Part shown: piece by piece, positions 12,116 to 24,233 of the stretch
Layout of the letters: the number at the start of each line of letters is the position of its first letter
How positions within the stretch are numbered: position 1 is the first letter of the stretch
Assembly (NCBI GenBank): GCA_951406725.2
Contig: OX597817.1
Location: forward strand, 67,580,001 to 67,644,000
Source: Octopus vulgaris
Lineage: Eukaryota
Reading direction: 5' to 3'
Length of the DNA stretch: 64,000 nucleotides
Notes under the pieces: generated by a model
Database searches by the model: none
Seen by the model: only the letters and a program-made list of their open reading frames with translations
What the model was told of the DNA's origin: nothing
Program-made: the position numbers and the translations under genes

Positions 12116-12645
12116 ACACTTTTTTCCCTTGCGCTCGCCAGAATCTTCGTCTAAGCCAGAAAAAGGCCTTTTTCGTTTGTTTTCTTGTTTATTTTTTATT
12201 TCTCGTATTATATTTTTTGTACATGTATTTTTATCTTGTATTTTATTTTGTATTTTTATTTGTATCGTTTTTACGTCCTGTTTGTGTTACATTTTTTTTC
12301 TTTCTTTGTTTTTACCCCTCTGCGAAGTAATTTTATTTAACTCTCTCGCAGGAAGAGCTAGTTTGACGAGTCGTGTTCTGTCCTACCTTCGAAACACGCT
12401 GGAGTTGAACTAGGGACAGCTGATGAAGGGGATTTTTCCTTGTGTAGTTTGTCTTGTACTCTGTTTTTCTGTTGTAAAAAAATGGTTTGTTCCATGCTTG
12501 TTTTTCCGTTTTCGTTTCTTGTTGAGTTCTACGTCTATTTGTGGTGTCCTGTACTCACATATATATATTTATATATGCGTGTATATATACATATAGATGT
12601 AGGTACGTACATATATGTATGTATGCATATATTTTATTTATTACA

Positions 12646-12647
<2 letters not shown>
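12113..12647 (+). mobile_element. Non-coding element between two (TA)n tracts, probably Penelope-like terminal-repeat derived; carries a permuted hammerhead
   Basis: Bounded by (TA)n at 12063-12112 and 12648-12682. T-rich + strand, CpGs retained (young), hammerhead core segments at 12372-12431. Confidence 0.55.
12358..12431 (+). ncRNA. Candidate non-circularly permuted hammerhead ribozyme
   Basis: CGTG-TT-CTGTCCT (12372-84), CCTTC-GAAA-CACG (12386-98), GGGACAG-CTGATGA-A-GGGG (12413-31). All three stems can pair around a complete core. Confidence 0.6.
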
Positions 12648-12685
<38 letters not shown>

Positions 12686-13009
12686 GTACTGATCCATAAT
12701 AGAAAATTCAACAAAAAAAGTACTCCGCCTGGTTAGATGTTTTGCAAACAACTTGCATTAGCAAGTGTATGGGGTTATCAAGAGAGAATGTGCGCCATTT
12801 CAGAGCCTGCCTCTCGATAGCATCTATGTGCACTGGTGCCCCCTCACTGATATGAGGCCCCACTTGCTAATCAACTTTATCAAATAAAGTTCAATGTTCT
12901 AGCCATCGCTCGTCATTTCTTATTAACCAAATCCAGTGGCTAGCCTTTTCCACTGTAGGTTGGATATTGTTTATGGTGGTATTTACTTTACAATGAGTTA
13001 GGCTTATCA

Positions 13010-13435
13010 ATAATAACTGTCACCTCACACTGTGTCCAACAAATCCTCTGTATCCGACATCAACTGGAAAATGCTCCTTGAGGAGGTTTACACAACAGTC
13101 AATCGTTTGAACCCAAGTGACATCCATGTTATCTTCATGAGGAACCGTTAACTCAACCAGATACACAACTTTCTTTCTTTCACACTACATTAAAATGTCC
13201 AGTTTTTCTGTAACTGGGATGGGAAAGAGTCCCTGGCACCCTGGTACATCTGCAGCCACCTCCCAATAGCCATTCCACTTTTCATTGCTCACAGGAGGTT
13301 TCTTCTTGAAATGGATCTGCCGTCCTGAGTGCATGAAGGTAATGAAGTCTCTGGTTGGTACTTTCAGTGAGTTTTTTTTTCACTGTTGTTGAGATCAATT
13401 TGGTTCTTTATAGCATTGAAGATCACATACATATA
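13010..13435 (-). pseudogene. HERO-like non-LTR retrotransposon C-terminal restriction-like endonuclease fragment
   Basis: Minus strand WEVAADVPGCQGLFPIPV..KVVYLVELTVPHEDNM..HFPVDVGYRGFVGHSVR* matches the RLE motifs ELTVPxE and PVEVGxRGF. Confidence 0.75.
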
Positions 13436-13699
13436 TTAAAGCGCTACTAATTGTTGAGAAAACTGTAACACATTCTTTTAGGCACAAACCACGTATAACG
13501 AACCAAAGAAATTACATAATAGAAGAAACGCAAAACGATTGAGAAGGCAGCATATAGAAAATGTAGGCAGTAAACAGAATTTAAGATGTAAAAAGATGAA
13601 AAGTAAAAAGGTAAAAGAGCTATATTTCATAGACCTTAAATGATAAGGTCGAAAAGATATGAAGTCAGTCAGGAATAAGCAGAATTTTCCAGTATTTAT

Positions 13700-14340
13700 A
13701 CATATACTTGCAACCACTGAAAATTTCTGACCTGGAGTTCAATAGAGAGTTAGGGATCATAGATCTAAACAGGATCTGTGTTCTTCAGCCAAGCAAAGTC
13801 AACATTTATTTGATCCATTCACACATGGTATGGATTTCTCATTTACTTTCCATTTAATCACATGCAGTGTTTTGTTATCTTCCAAAGTCCATATGTAGCT
13901 AACCAACTTAGTAGCTTTACTTTTTGTCCCTATGTCAGAAGGAGGCTATGTGATTGGCATAGCAACTTATGAATCCACCTTCACCTAATCCAATATAGGT
14001 CTTCTTATCAGCTGTGTTATTATTCAGGGTTGCAGTAACTTCTGCCTCATATATGATAGATTTAGTCATACATTATTGGTCAAGCAGACAGGATCCTGGG
14101 TCATGACAGTTGCAACTGGATTCGGGCTCTTGGTATTGACCATGTGTAATGATAATCTTCATATTTGGGCAGCAGCTATATAATAATTTCACAGAATGCC
14201 TATTTAATATTTTCCCGTATCTGTGAGCGGCTAGAATGTGTTTGCCTAGGAGAGACAGGAATCTTTTACCAATGGTAGTTTTCATATTAAGGGAAAAGGG
14301 AGGGGGCGTACCAAATAATTTTCCTTGGCCTATACTTAGG
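13700..14340 (-). pseudogene. Penelope-like element C-terminus (RT thumb, Cys-rich linker, GIY-YIG endonuclease), Neptune-like
   Basis: RKIIWY..PPFSLNMKTTIGKRFLSLLGKH..KILNRHSVKLLYSCCPNM..CNCHDPGSCLLDQ*CMTKSIIYEAEV..KTYIGLGEGGFISCYANHIASF..ATKLVSYIWTL..KC*LCLAE..LLNSRSEIFSGCKY. Stops and frameshifts present. Confidence 0.85.
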
Positions 14341-14436
14341 TTTCTTATTATCCTGATTAATACTAGAGTGGTTATGTACTACTTTATCTTTGATGCCACT
14401 AGATCTATTATTATTATTATTTCATATATATATGTA

Positions 14437-14814
14437 CACTTGCGTCAGAAATTAATTAGCACTTCTCAAATTTCTACATTAAATAGGTTAAATCAATTAA
14501 CCTATGAGCTGTTCAAAACGTCTTACGCGTGAGAAAACTTAGTATGGTGTGATTTCGGTCCTTGCGAGGCGCTACCTATATCTATTAAACAAAGGAAGTT
14601 TGTCTGCATCTGCACTCCAAGTTGTTGTTGCACTGCTATGTCTACATCATAAGGCTGTAGACTCTCAAACTGCTCTGCAAACAAAGTTACGTCATCGTTC
14701 TGCGCAACAGCGAACTTGCAACAAAGCAATAGTTCGAGATATGGCCACTAGGTGACAGCACATACCTTGAGTGAAGAGCAAATCAAGGGTGCTAATTAAT
14801 TTCTGACGGTAGTG
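14437..14814. mobile_element. Tc1/mariner-superfamily MITE
   Basis: TIRs CACTTGCGTCAGAAATTAATTAGCAC / GTGCTAATTAATTTCTGACGGTAGTG with TA on both sides. Confidence 0.9.
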
Positions 14815-15654
14815 TATATCATCATGATTTAACTTCTATTTTCCATCAGTTGGACAGTCTGACAAGATCTAGCACGCTCCAGTGCTAGCTTTGGCAGGAT
14901 TTCTGCAGCTGGATGCACTTCCTGACGCCAACCACTTTACAGAGTGTACCTGTTTTTTTTGTTTTTTTTTGTGCCATTAACAATAATGAGGTTGGCAGTA
15001 ACTTGCAAAACAAGAAAAGAATAAGAAGGGAAAAGGATGGAGAAAGAAACATACATACACACACACCTGCTTGTTCATGCATGCGTGTGCACACACACAC
15101 TCACACACGTTTGACTGGTTTCCAAAAGGCATTGAATACCCAAGTGTATAGAAGACACTTGCCCATGATATACAATGGGATCAAAAACCACAGCCAAACC
15201 CACACCCACTACTTTATACTTTGAATATTTTATTTATGAATCTGGAATTATTGTACAGAGAAGAAATTTTGATTTTAGTGCCTTGGCAAAAGACACTGAC
15301 AAAATGAGTAACAAGCTTAAAAATAAAAACTGGGAGTTGATTTGTTAGACTAAATACTTCACAGTAGTGCATCAGCATGGCTGCAGTCCAAAGATTGAAA
15401 CAAGTAAAAAGTAACAGATAAGGTTTTATTCTTTGTCCTCCACCTTTTTTACATATGTGTATATATATGTATATGTATTTATGTTAACTGCAGCTTGATT
15501 CGAAATCAAGGCCAGTGCTTGATTCTTCTCTTAAATACTAGCAGCGTGGATGTCCAGTCAGAGACCTACACTCTTTTCTATAGATGTGGTAACAATAGGT
15601 GCCTCTTGCAGCAGGTATTCTTGGAGCTTACCGCCTACACTGGATCATTCCTTC

Positions 15655-15900
15655 TTCGTTACCTTCTTGAGTCATGCCCTCATAAGGACTGGTTTCCTGG
15701 TTTCATGGTGTATATATTCCCCACCTGGATAGGACGTCAGTCCATCACAAGATTATTCATTCTTGCCAGCTGAGTGGATTGGAGCAATGTGAAATGAATT
15801 TTTTTCCTCATGAACAAACACATTGCCTGGTCCAAGAATTGAAACCACAATATTACAATCATGAGTCCAACACCGTAACCACTAAGCCACATGCCCCCAC
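15655..15900 (-). mobile_element. tRNA-derived SINE, family D variant
   Basis: Reverse complement of 37583-37826. Head TGGCTTAGTGGTTA..GGTTTCAATTC, tail TGATGGACTGACGTCCTATCCAGGTGGGG..GACTCAAGAAGGTAAC. Confidence 0.8.
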
Positions 15901-17024
15901 ATGCTGACACATACTTGCATTCCATCATGGAGCTCTTTATTGGCTTAGCTCTTTTGGAGCTAGGCTAGCGATATTATATAAAACACTAACATCGGAGATG
16001 TTCCAGGTGTTACTTCAGAATTTTTCTTATCCTCGAGAGCTGTCTAAACAAGGATTAGGGGTGTCTCACTCCCAGCTCTTGAATGGTCATTGACTCTACT
16101 GGAGTTCATCTGCTCTTTGATAGGTTTTGTTTTTCATTCTGCAGGGATGTGAAATGAACACCATCCTCCTTACCACATATACATAGTTAGAAAGGTAGGT
16201 AGGTAGGCAGAGCAGTGAACCAGATACTGCAAATGGAAGCATAAATTGCTTCATTGTAGATATAGCAGAGGCATGCTCAGACTAATAACAAAGTTGAGAG
16301 CAAAGAACAAATCCTCAGAAGAATAATAAAAAAAAAAAAAGAAAATTAAAAGCATATTTATTGCATGGCTGGAGTGTGTGATAGCTGCATGGTTACATGG
16401 TTAACAGATGCCTTGTAAAACATGCTACAGTGAGCCAAAGAAACAAAATTCTCTGGTAACATCAGATTTGCTCAGCACCACTGGAAGGAGGGATAATGCC
16501 AAATTTGTAGTGTTCTCCAATCAACAGCTGATAAAGGGAATGTTATTCAGTGCAAACCAGTACATAAAATATAAAAATATTGTAAAGGATCTAGTTTGTA
16601 GAAGCCATATGCTAATTACTTTTCTTGAAATTGATATTAATGGTAGTTAAAAATGTTGTTTCTTCACCACTTAGAAAATCTTGATATCATCAAATGTATT
16701 TCATTTGACTATATGCTTTAATAAAGCTCATTAAGACATCACACATAATTGCTGTATCTGTTATATCTGTTAGTTAAATCAGAGATGGAGGTAAGATGAT
16801 AAAACACGAAAGGTGTTAATATATACCATTCATACATTGATAAAAAGAATTACTCTCTATATGCAGGCATTGGTGCATGTACAGTAATTTACATATACAA
16901 GAATCCCTTGTGTTAGGGAAGTAATGCATCCTTGAAAAACTTACCATAATACAAAATCCAGTAACATGAAATAAATTTTCCCCATTGACTTTCATGCTAC
17001 AAAAAATGGTAATGTGTTCCAATG

Positions 17025-17052
<28 letters not shown>

Positions 17053-17055
<3 letters not shown>

Positions 17056-17706
17056 GGGGATGTCAAATTATCTGTACTTTCGCCATAACATATTATTATT
17101 GTCACATTGCCTTTTGCAATAGTTGGTACTATTGTGGCCACATGATCAAAGTTTGAGCCTGATTGCACCGTTTTTCCTTTAGGCTTCGCAATGTAAGCAT
17201 GGCCACTCCACTAGCAATGTGTGCCAAAGAAGAACAAAGAGCAGTGATCCCTGAAATGATAATAGTGAAGTGGTTCACCTTTACCATCTCTTAAGCTTGC
17301 TGAATCTTTTTGTCAGTGGTGGAGGTCGATAGGCATCCTGCTCCCTCTTTGTGCATCACGCTTGTCCGGACACTTTTAAACTTCTTGATCCCCTCATACA
17401 CACTTCTATGAAGTAGTACACTGTCCCTGTATTGTGCTAAGAGCCTTCGATGAATTTCAGCACCCGACACACTTTCCGATCAGAGAAATCGGATCACTGC
17501 TTTTTGTTCTTCTTTGGTGCACATTGCTAGTGGAACAGCCATGCTTATACTATTAAGCCAGAAAGAAAAAATGGTGCGATTAGACTAAGACTTCGATCAT
17601 GTGATCACAATAGTACCAGCTTTAAAGCGTGCATGCGCAGAAGGCTATGTGACAATAATAAAGATATGTTATAGCAAACGTGCGGATAACTTTTAACTTC
17701 CTCTTG
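17053..17706 (-). mobile_element. mariner-derived fold-back element with two 5' ends
   Basis: ~200-bp inverted arms (17053-17250 / 17491-17706), TA flanks. Minus strand from 17542 reads MAVPLAMCTKEEQKAVIRFL*SESVSGAEIHRRLLAQYRDSVLLHRSVYEGIKKFKSVRTSV, a mariner N-terminal HTH. Confidence 0.9.
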
Positions 17707-19530
17707 TATATATGTGTGTGTGTGTATAAAATCATCAACATCATCATCATTTAACATCCATTTTCATGCTGGCATGGGTTGGACATTTTAACAGGAGCTA
17801 CCCAGGTTCTAATTGTCTGTTTTGACATGATTTCTATGGCTGGATACTCTTCCTAACAGCTTTACTGTTGTTTGTTTATGTTAGAAGTTTCAGCAAAGAT
17901 GGTAGAGTATGAGTTGAGGAAGATTTGGTTTTTATTTCTTGCAAGTGAAAAAACTGTAGCAGCCCTTTTGTTAGAGTAACTGGACTTTGTTTTAAACCTG
18001 CTAAAACCATTTTATTCTCCATTACTTCAGTTTACCTACCTGTTTGATATCAATAGAAAGTCACTTGAAAATTTTCCTTATATTTTGGTTCTTGAAAGTC
18101 ACTCCTAGAAGGTATTTGCATTGGATTGAAGATTGGAAAAGCAAAGATAGTCTGCGCATAAAATAATATAACCAAGTACTACTAACTACTTTTATTTGGA
18201 TGTACTAATTCTATCATTCTTCTTCAATACACATGCATACATACACATATACATCTAATGGAGTTCCATAGGCATCAGTCTACCAAATCATTGTAAAGTG
18301 GTTTATGTTTGAAAGAGCTTCTAGCTGTGAAAAGCTCCTCAAAAAGAAAAGTAAATAGAGACAATGTAAGGTAGAAGGTAGTCTTCAATCCTATCAAAAG
18401 TGACCTCTCTGGTACTAGCTGCACAGAAAAATGCACCCAATCTATGCAGGAAAGTGACTGGTGCTAGGATGGTAACCCAGCCTTAGAATCCTACTGAAAA
18501 TAACGATATACACAACAAAAAGAGTGGCTGGTTTTCCTTCATTTTGTGTGCTATATGCCAAAGGACTGCTGTGAGTGTTGAAATTTTGAGACCCAATCCA
18601 TCCATACTAGTATGGAAAAACAATTATAAAATAATGGTGAGTGATTATGAATGCATTTGTGGATCCAGGGTATGTAGAAGACCCTTATTCGTGATTCTGT
18701 CGGATAGGATTGATCCTGGAACCACAAAGCATTTATTTCATTTCTTTACCATATCTACCAAATTACCACACTGTCTACAGCAGATTATGATGATGAACTT
18801 ACTGCTGGTGCAATCACCAGAGATAAAATCATTTCGTAAGTCTAAATTGGAGAAGGTTGGGCTTTGCAAGGCAGACTTGCATGTCAATGACTTTTACTGT
18901 ATGAAAGCAATGCATGCCTAATATATGTAAATGTATGCAAGTAATTAAATTTTGATATAAATCTTCTGTTTTTATGAGAGACAGCTGCAGAGGGTACATA
19001 CATGTTATAATGTACTCTACTTCAATTACATGGCTTTGATAATATAAGAAATTGCATGTTCTGGTTTTTAAGTACTAGGTATTGCCTCAACATGAATGAT
19101 ATCTCCTGTGATCTACTATTGAATTGATTAATAAGTTAGAAGATTTTCCATAATTATCTCTAACAAAGTTCATAACAGGTAAAGGCATGGTTGTGTGGCT
19201 AAGGGTCCAATCCCACTGTGTGGATCCTTACACAAGTGTCTTTGACTTTAGCCCAGGGCTGACCAATATCTTGTGAGTGAATTTAGTAGGGGGAAACTAA
19301 GTGGAAGCCTATTGAGTTAGTGTGTTTGACTAAAACCCCTCAAAGTGGTGCCCCAACATGGCCAAGCACAACGTAAGCCTCTCATCTTTCTGATGTCGAT
19401 CAAATAAAGTACCAGTCTTGTATTGGGACTGATGTAATTGAATTAGTGTTCCTTCTCTCTAATTTATTGCCCCGTGCTTGTATTAGATATCTTTGTTTAG
19501 ACATATTTCATCTGTTTAAATTCTAATTAA

Positions 19531-19771
19531 CCCTGTCATTACCAACCTGGTTGAAACTGGCTCTGGCTCTGAGTACAAATGTCTTGTTTTCATAAGTTTT
19601 GAATTAAAATCTTCCACCAAACCTTAGTCACAATTTATGTAACCTTAGTCACAGTTTATGTTCTTAACACTAGCTGAATGATAACGAAGTTATTCTACTA
19701 AATTCTTTGTTATATTTAAAGTAATTGAAAGAAACACGGAGCATCTCAAAATAAATACAGTAACAAAAGTG
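19531..19771. mobile_element. piggyBac-type MITE
   Basis: TTAA|CCCTGTCATTAC ... GTAACAAAAGTG|TTAA. Related copies at ~8032-8293, 24906-25160, 26337-26602, 26913-27110 and 47316-47534. Confidence 0.7.
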
Positions 19772-20862
19772 TTAAAATATAACCAATTTTTTTCACACCT
19801 CCCTCTTACCTATACCACATTCATGTCTTACTTTTTGCACAATTCCATTCATCCCTAACTAACCAACTGTACTCATATATCTCCTCCATACCCATCTCCT
19901 CATACAGATACCCTCCTATACAACACTCTGCCTTTTTGTCTTCCTAATTCTTCTACATAGAACTGCTTTCCCATCTGGCTTCTAAACTTTTTTCTTCCTC
20001 TCCACCATTTTCTCTCCTTTTCTGATTTTTTTGATGAGGGACTAACATCTGAAATGTTAAAGACCTTTTCCTTTTCTTTTCAGCTTCTAAACTAATAACA
20101 CCTTCGTGAAAACTTCACCCTCTTGTACTTTTATTGCTTTTGCTCATTTATCACTTATCAAAATATATTGGTTGCATAGACACAAGGCTGCATAAAGGCT
20201 CAATGGTTATGGTTGAAACGTCATTACCTTTTAAGTGTAATTAAGCAGGACATGGCTGTGTATTCAAATTGTATTTTTGATGAGTAAGCATGTGTTTTGT
20301 TTGTAATTAACAGCTAACCCTGTTTAGATATTATAATAGACTCTGTTATTTGATATGCTTATTGTATTGACTGACCTACATTGCTTTGTAGGTAAACATT
20401 TCACATTCACTCCTACATTTGACTTAGCATAAATAAAGACAGTTTGATGCCTTTGCTATTTGTTGAGTGATTGATTCATTGAATGATTGATTTCTTATAA
20501 TGGCATTCATTCACATGACTTGTACCAATCTATAGAAGTATTGTTGATAGTATTGATCTTAGCACAAGTCTTGTACATGTTTTATAAATTCTGTACCTAA
20601 GATATTATACAACAGTGTGTTAATTATCCCTGGCTTGCCCTAAACAATCTAAAGTTTAGCCTTCATCCCATCTATTTTTATATCTAGAGCTATATTATCC
20701 AATACATCCTTCTGTTTTTAAAGCAGTATTGTAATTTAAGAGACATTTGGCTGCTATTGTTTAGCCCCCACATCAACCATAACCAAACAGACATATAAAA
20801 TGCATTCCAGTCATGATCATCCCAGGATTTGCCTAAGTATCTCATGAGTACATTATCTAAAG

Positions 20863-22001
20863 CAATGTTTCTCAAACTTTTTAACCCAGATTCTATTGGG
20901 TCATCCAATAAATAATGCAGTTTTTTTCAATTGAACCAAAAATCGGAGGGGGACCAGATAAACCACCTGCATCAACTTGCTGTAAAAGCAGGTAGTAATT
21001 TTACCTTGTATTTATTCTTAGTGCAAGTTTTGAAGAGTGCAGTTCTATTTTAACAGTTATTTTTTCATAGCTATAATGGACGTGACCAAGGAACATATTG
21101 GGCATATTTTGCTTTATGAGTTCAATAAAGGCAACAAGTGTGAGGAATATTAATGCAGTATATAGGGATTGGATAATAAGTGTAAGCCAGTGTCAATGGT
21201 GGTTTCAGAGATTCTGAGCTGGAAACTACAGTCAAGAAGACCAGCCTTGTCCTGGAAGATCTGTAGAGCTCAATGAGGACATCCTGCAAACCCTGATAGA
21301 ACAAAATCCCATCATAACTGTTGAGAAACTAGCAGAGAAGCTTGGATTTGGTCATTCAACCAGTCATTCAAGTCAGTGCTAGTAGAAAAATGACCATCTT
21401 TGGTTTCAAGATGAAAAGTGTTCTTCCATCAGGATAATGCTCGGCCACATACAGCAAGGATGACATTCCAAAGGCTGGAGCAGTTTGAATGGGAAATGAT
21501 ACCCCCCACCACCACTATCTGATTATCATTTATTCCACAGTCTTCAAAATCATTTGGACGGAAAGAATATGAATTCTGTAGACAAGGTCGGAACAGTACT
21601 GGAGGAGTATTTATCACAGACAAGTGCATTTTGGAAGAGGGGGCCTTGCAAGTCTGAAAGATAGATGGAAAAGCATTGTGGAAAATGAATACATCTTAGG
21701 TTAAAAAGGAATTTTGTTTTATATTAATTTTCAAAATTAAATGTATAAAAAAAACACATTATTTATAGGATGACCCAATACTTCCATTGTGTGATCTCTC
21801 TCTTTCTCTCACTGTCGTAAACATGCGCATACACACACACACACGCACACACATACATGCAAAAGAGAGTTTGATTAAAACTTTATTGTGTGTTTTATTT
21901 AGTTGTTACTTACTTAAGCTCCATTCTGAAATTTCTCGTGCTCTACAAAAGACTTGCCTTACTCTCACCTGTAGGATGTGTGCCCAAATTGAAAAACACT
22001 G
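20863..22001. mobile_element. hAT-type MITE containing a nested mariner
   Basis: Termini CAATGTTTCTCAAA / TTGAAAAACACTG; 8-bp TSD ATCTAAAG / ATCTAAAA. Confidence 0.65.
20896..21778 (+). mobile_element. Internally deleted mariner transposon (degenerate transposase ~21076-21700)
   Basis: TIR TTGGGTCATCCAATAAATAATG / CATTATTTATAGGATGACCCAA with TA TSD. Peptides MDVTKEHIGHILLYEFNKGN, WWFQRF*AGNYSQED, HQDNARPHTA, SDYHLFHSLQNHL and DRWKSIVENE. Confidence 0.95.
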
Positions 22002-22422
22002 ATCTAAAATGTCCTTCTTTCCCATTTAATAAAATGTGAGGGAGATTCAGCTGCTACATCTTGCATGTTGAGTGAGGATTTTGTCAGAAATGTTAGCTTT
22101 GTTGTCTTGATATGAGATGTGAAATATCTGGACTGAAATTTGAACTTAAATCCCTTATCTAGTAATTTTGATATCTTATCCTCTCCTCTATTTCATATCT
22201 CTGTAATTTAGTATCATAAAAAAGATAATCTACTGTATTGTGGTTGATCAGGTATTTTATATTTTCCACTTCTCACTCTTGTGTTTCATTTGAAACCATC
22301 TCCAGGAGAAGCTGAAAAGGTATAGTGGCCTCTTCATGTTTTTTAGATGATTGTTCACATAATATATTAATAGAGAATATTCTGTATTGATATAATTAAT
22401 ATATTAATATAATGTGTGTTTT

Positions 22423-22813
22423 TGGCTGTGTGGTAAGTAGCTTGCTTATCAACCACATGGTCCTGGGTTCAGTCCCACTGCGTGGCACCTTGGGTAAGTG
22501 TTTTCTACTATAACCTCGGGCTGACCAAAGCCTTCTGAGTGGATTTGGTAGACGGAAACTGAAAGAAGCTCGTCATATATCTGTATATATATATATATGT
22601 GTGTGTGTTTGTGTGTCTGCGTTTGTTCTCCCAACATTGCTTGACAACCGATGCTGGTGTGTTTACGTCCTCGTAACTTAGTGGCTTGGCAAAAGAGACC
22701 GATAGAATAAGTACTAGGCTTCCAAAGAATAAGTCCTGGGGTCGATTTGCTCGACTAAAGGTGGTGCTCCATATTGGCCGCAGTCAAATGACTGAAACAA
22801 GTAAAAGAGTAAA
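22423..22813 (+). mobile_element. SINE family A, near full length
   Basis: GGCTGTGTGGTAAGTAGCTTGC..GGGTTCAGTCCC..GGCACCTTGGGTAAGTG..GAAACAAGTAAAAGAGTAAA. Confidence 0.92.
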
Positions 22814-22897
22814 GTTACAGCCATAGAAACCAAAAAAGGTGAAAAAAAAAATTACGGCTTTACATAAAATTTTCTGTATATTATCATGGTATACTTT

Positions 22898-23345
22898 AGG
22901 CACAGGTGTGGTTGTGTGGTAAGAAGTTTGTTTACTAACCACATATTCTGGAGTTCAGTCCAACTGCATGGCACCTTGAGCAAATGTCTTTTACTATAGC
23001 CCTGGACCTACCAAAGCCTTGTAAGTGCATTTGATAGATAGAAACTGAAAGAGGCTCATCATATGTATATACATGCATGTGTGTATGTGTGTGTGTAATA
23101 CTGTCTTCTTGCCATGATTTCATGTCGTAGTTGTAAGCTGATATCATTGTCATGCAAGCAATGTCCTTTGTTTGCAATATTCTGTGAAAACCTGTCTGGC
23201 TGTGTGGGGGAATATTACCTTACTTGGAAATCAAATGAGGGTTGGCAACAGGAAGGGTATCTGACTGTATAAAATCCACCTTGACAAATTTTGTCCAACA
23301 CATGCAAGCCTGGAAAAGTGGATGTTGAATGATGAAGATATGATT
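22898..23345 (+). mobile_element. SINE family A head with RTE-type tail
   Basis: Family A 5' half, then TTGGCAACAGGAAGGGTATC..CAACACATGCAAGCCTGGAAAAGTGGATGTT..(GAT). Similar tails at 1560-1695 and 30190-30470. Confidence 0.75.
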
Positions 23346-23392
23346 TATTACAGTAATAATTGTATATCATCAACATCATCATCATCATCATC

Positions 23393-23758
23393 TGTGTGGT
23401 AAGAAACTTGCTTACCAACCACATGGTTCCGGGTTCAGTCTCACTGTGTGGCACCTTGGGCAAGTGTTTTCTACTATAACCTCAGGCCGACCAAAGCCTT
23501 GTGAGTGGATTTGGTAGACGGAAACTGAAAGAAGCCTGTCGTATATATGTATGTGTTTGTGTGTCTGTGTTTGTCCTCCCAACATCGCTTGACAACCGAT
23601 GCTGGTGTGTTTACGTCCCCATAACTTAGCGGTTCGGTAAAAAAGACTGATAGAATAAGTACTAGACTTACAAAGAATGTCATGGGGGTCGATTTGCTTG
23701 ACTAAAGGCGGTGCTCCAGCATGGCTGCAGTCAAATGACTGAAACAAGTAAAAGAGTA
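23393..23758 (+). mobile_element. SINE family A, near full length
   Basis: Near-consensus copy. Confidence 0.92.
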
Positions 23759-24233
23759 ATATATTTTAACAATAAAATCTTATGTGGACCCTAGTTGAGA
23801 ACCACTAATATGTCTTTTGTAATAACAAAATTAAGTGACAGTATTTCGTATGTTTATTTTACTGTTATGCTTAAATGACTGGTTACCTAGAATTGAAAAC
23901 TAAATTTTTGCCTATCTAATATCAGATAAGTTAATTCATTAACTGTCATTAGTTTTAATTGTAGTGTTATAGATTAAACATAAGTAGTGTTTAGATTAGA
24001 TTAATCAAGGCACATTTAACCTAACTGGCTTAGTAATCTTTATTTCAAATCATTATACTTAATAACAATTAGTTAAACAAATTACTAGATATATATACTC
24101 TCAGTAATGTTTTGATATCTCCTGATAAATGAGATATAAGTTTCAAATAACTTTTGAATTCAGATCTCAACATTAAAAACTGAAATTTATGTAGCAAAAT
24201 GGAAATATTAATTTACTTGGGAATGGTTTAGAG

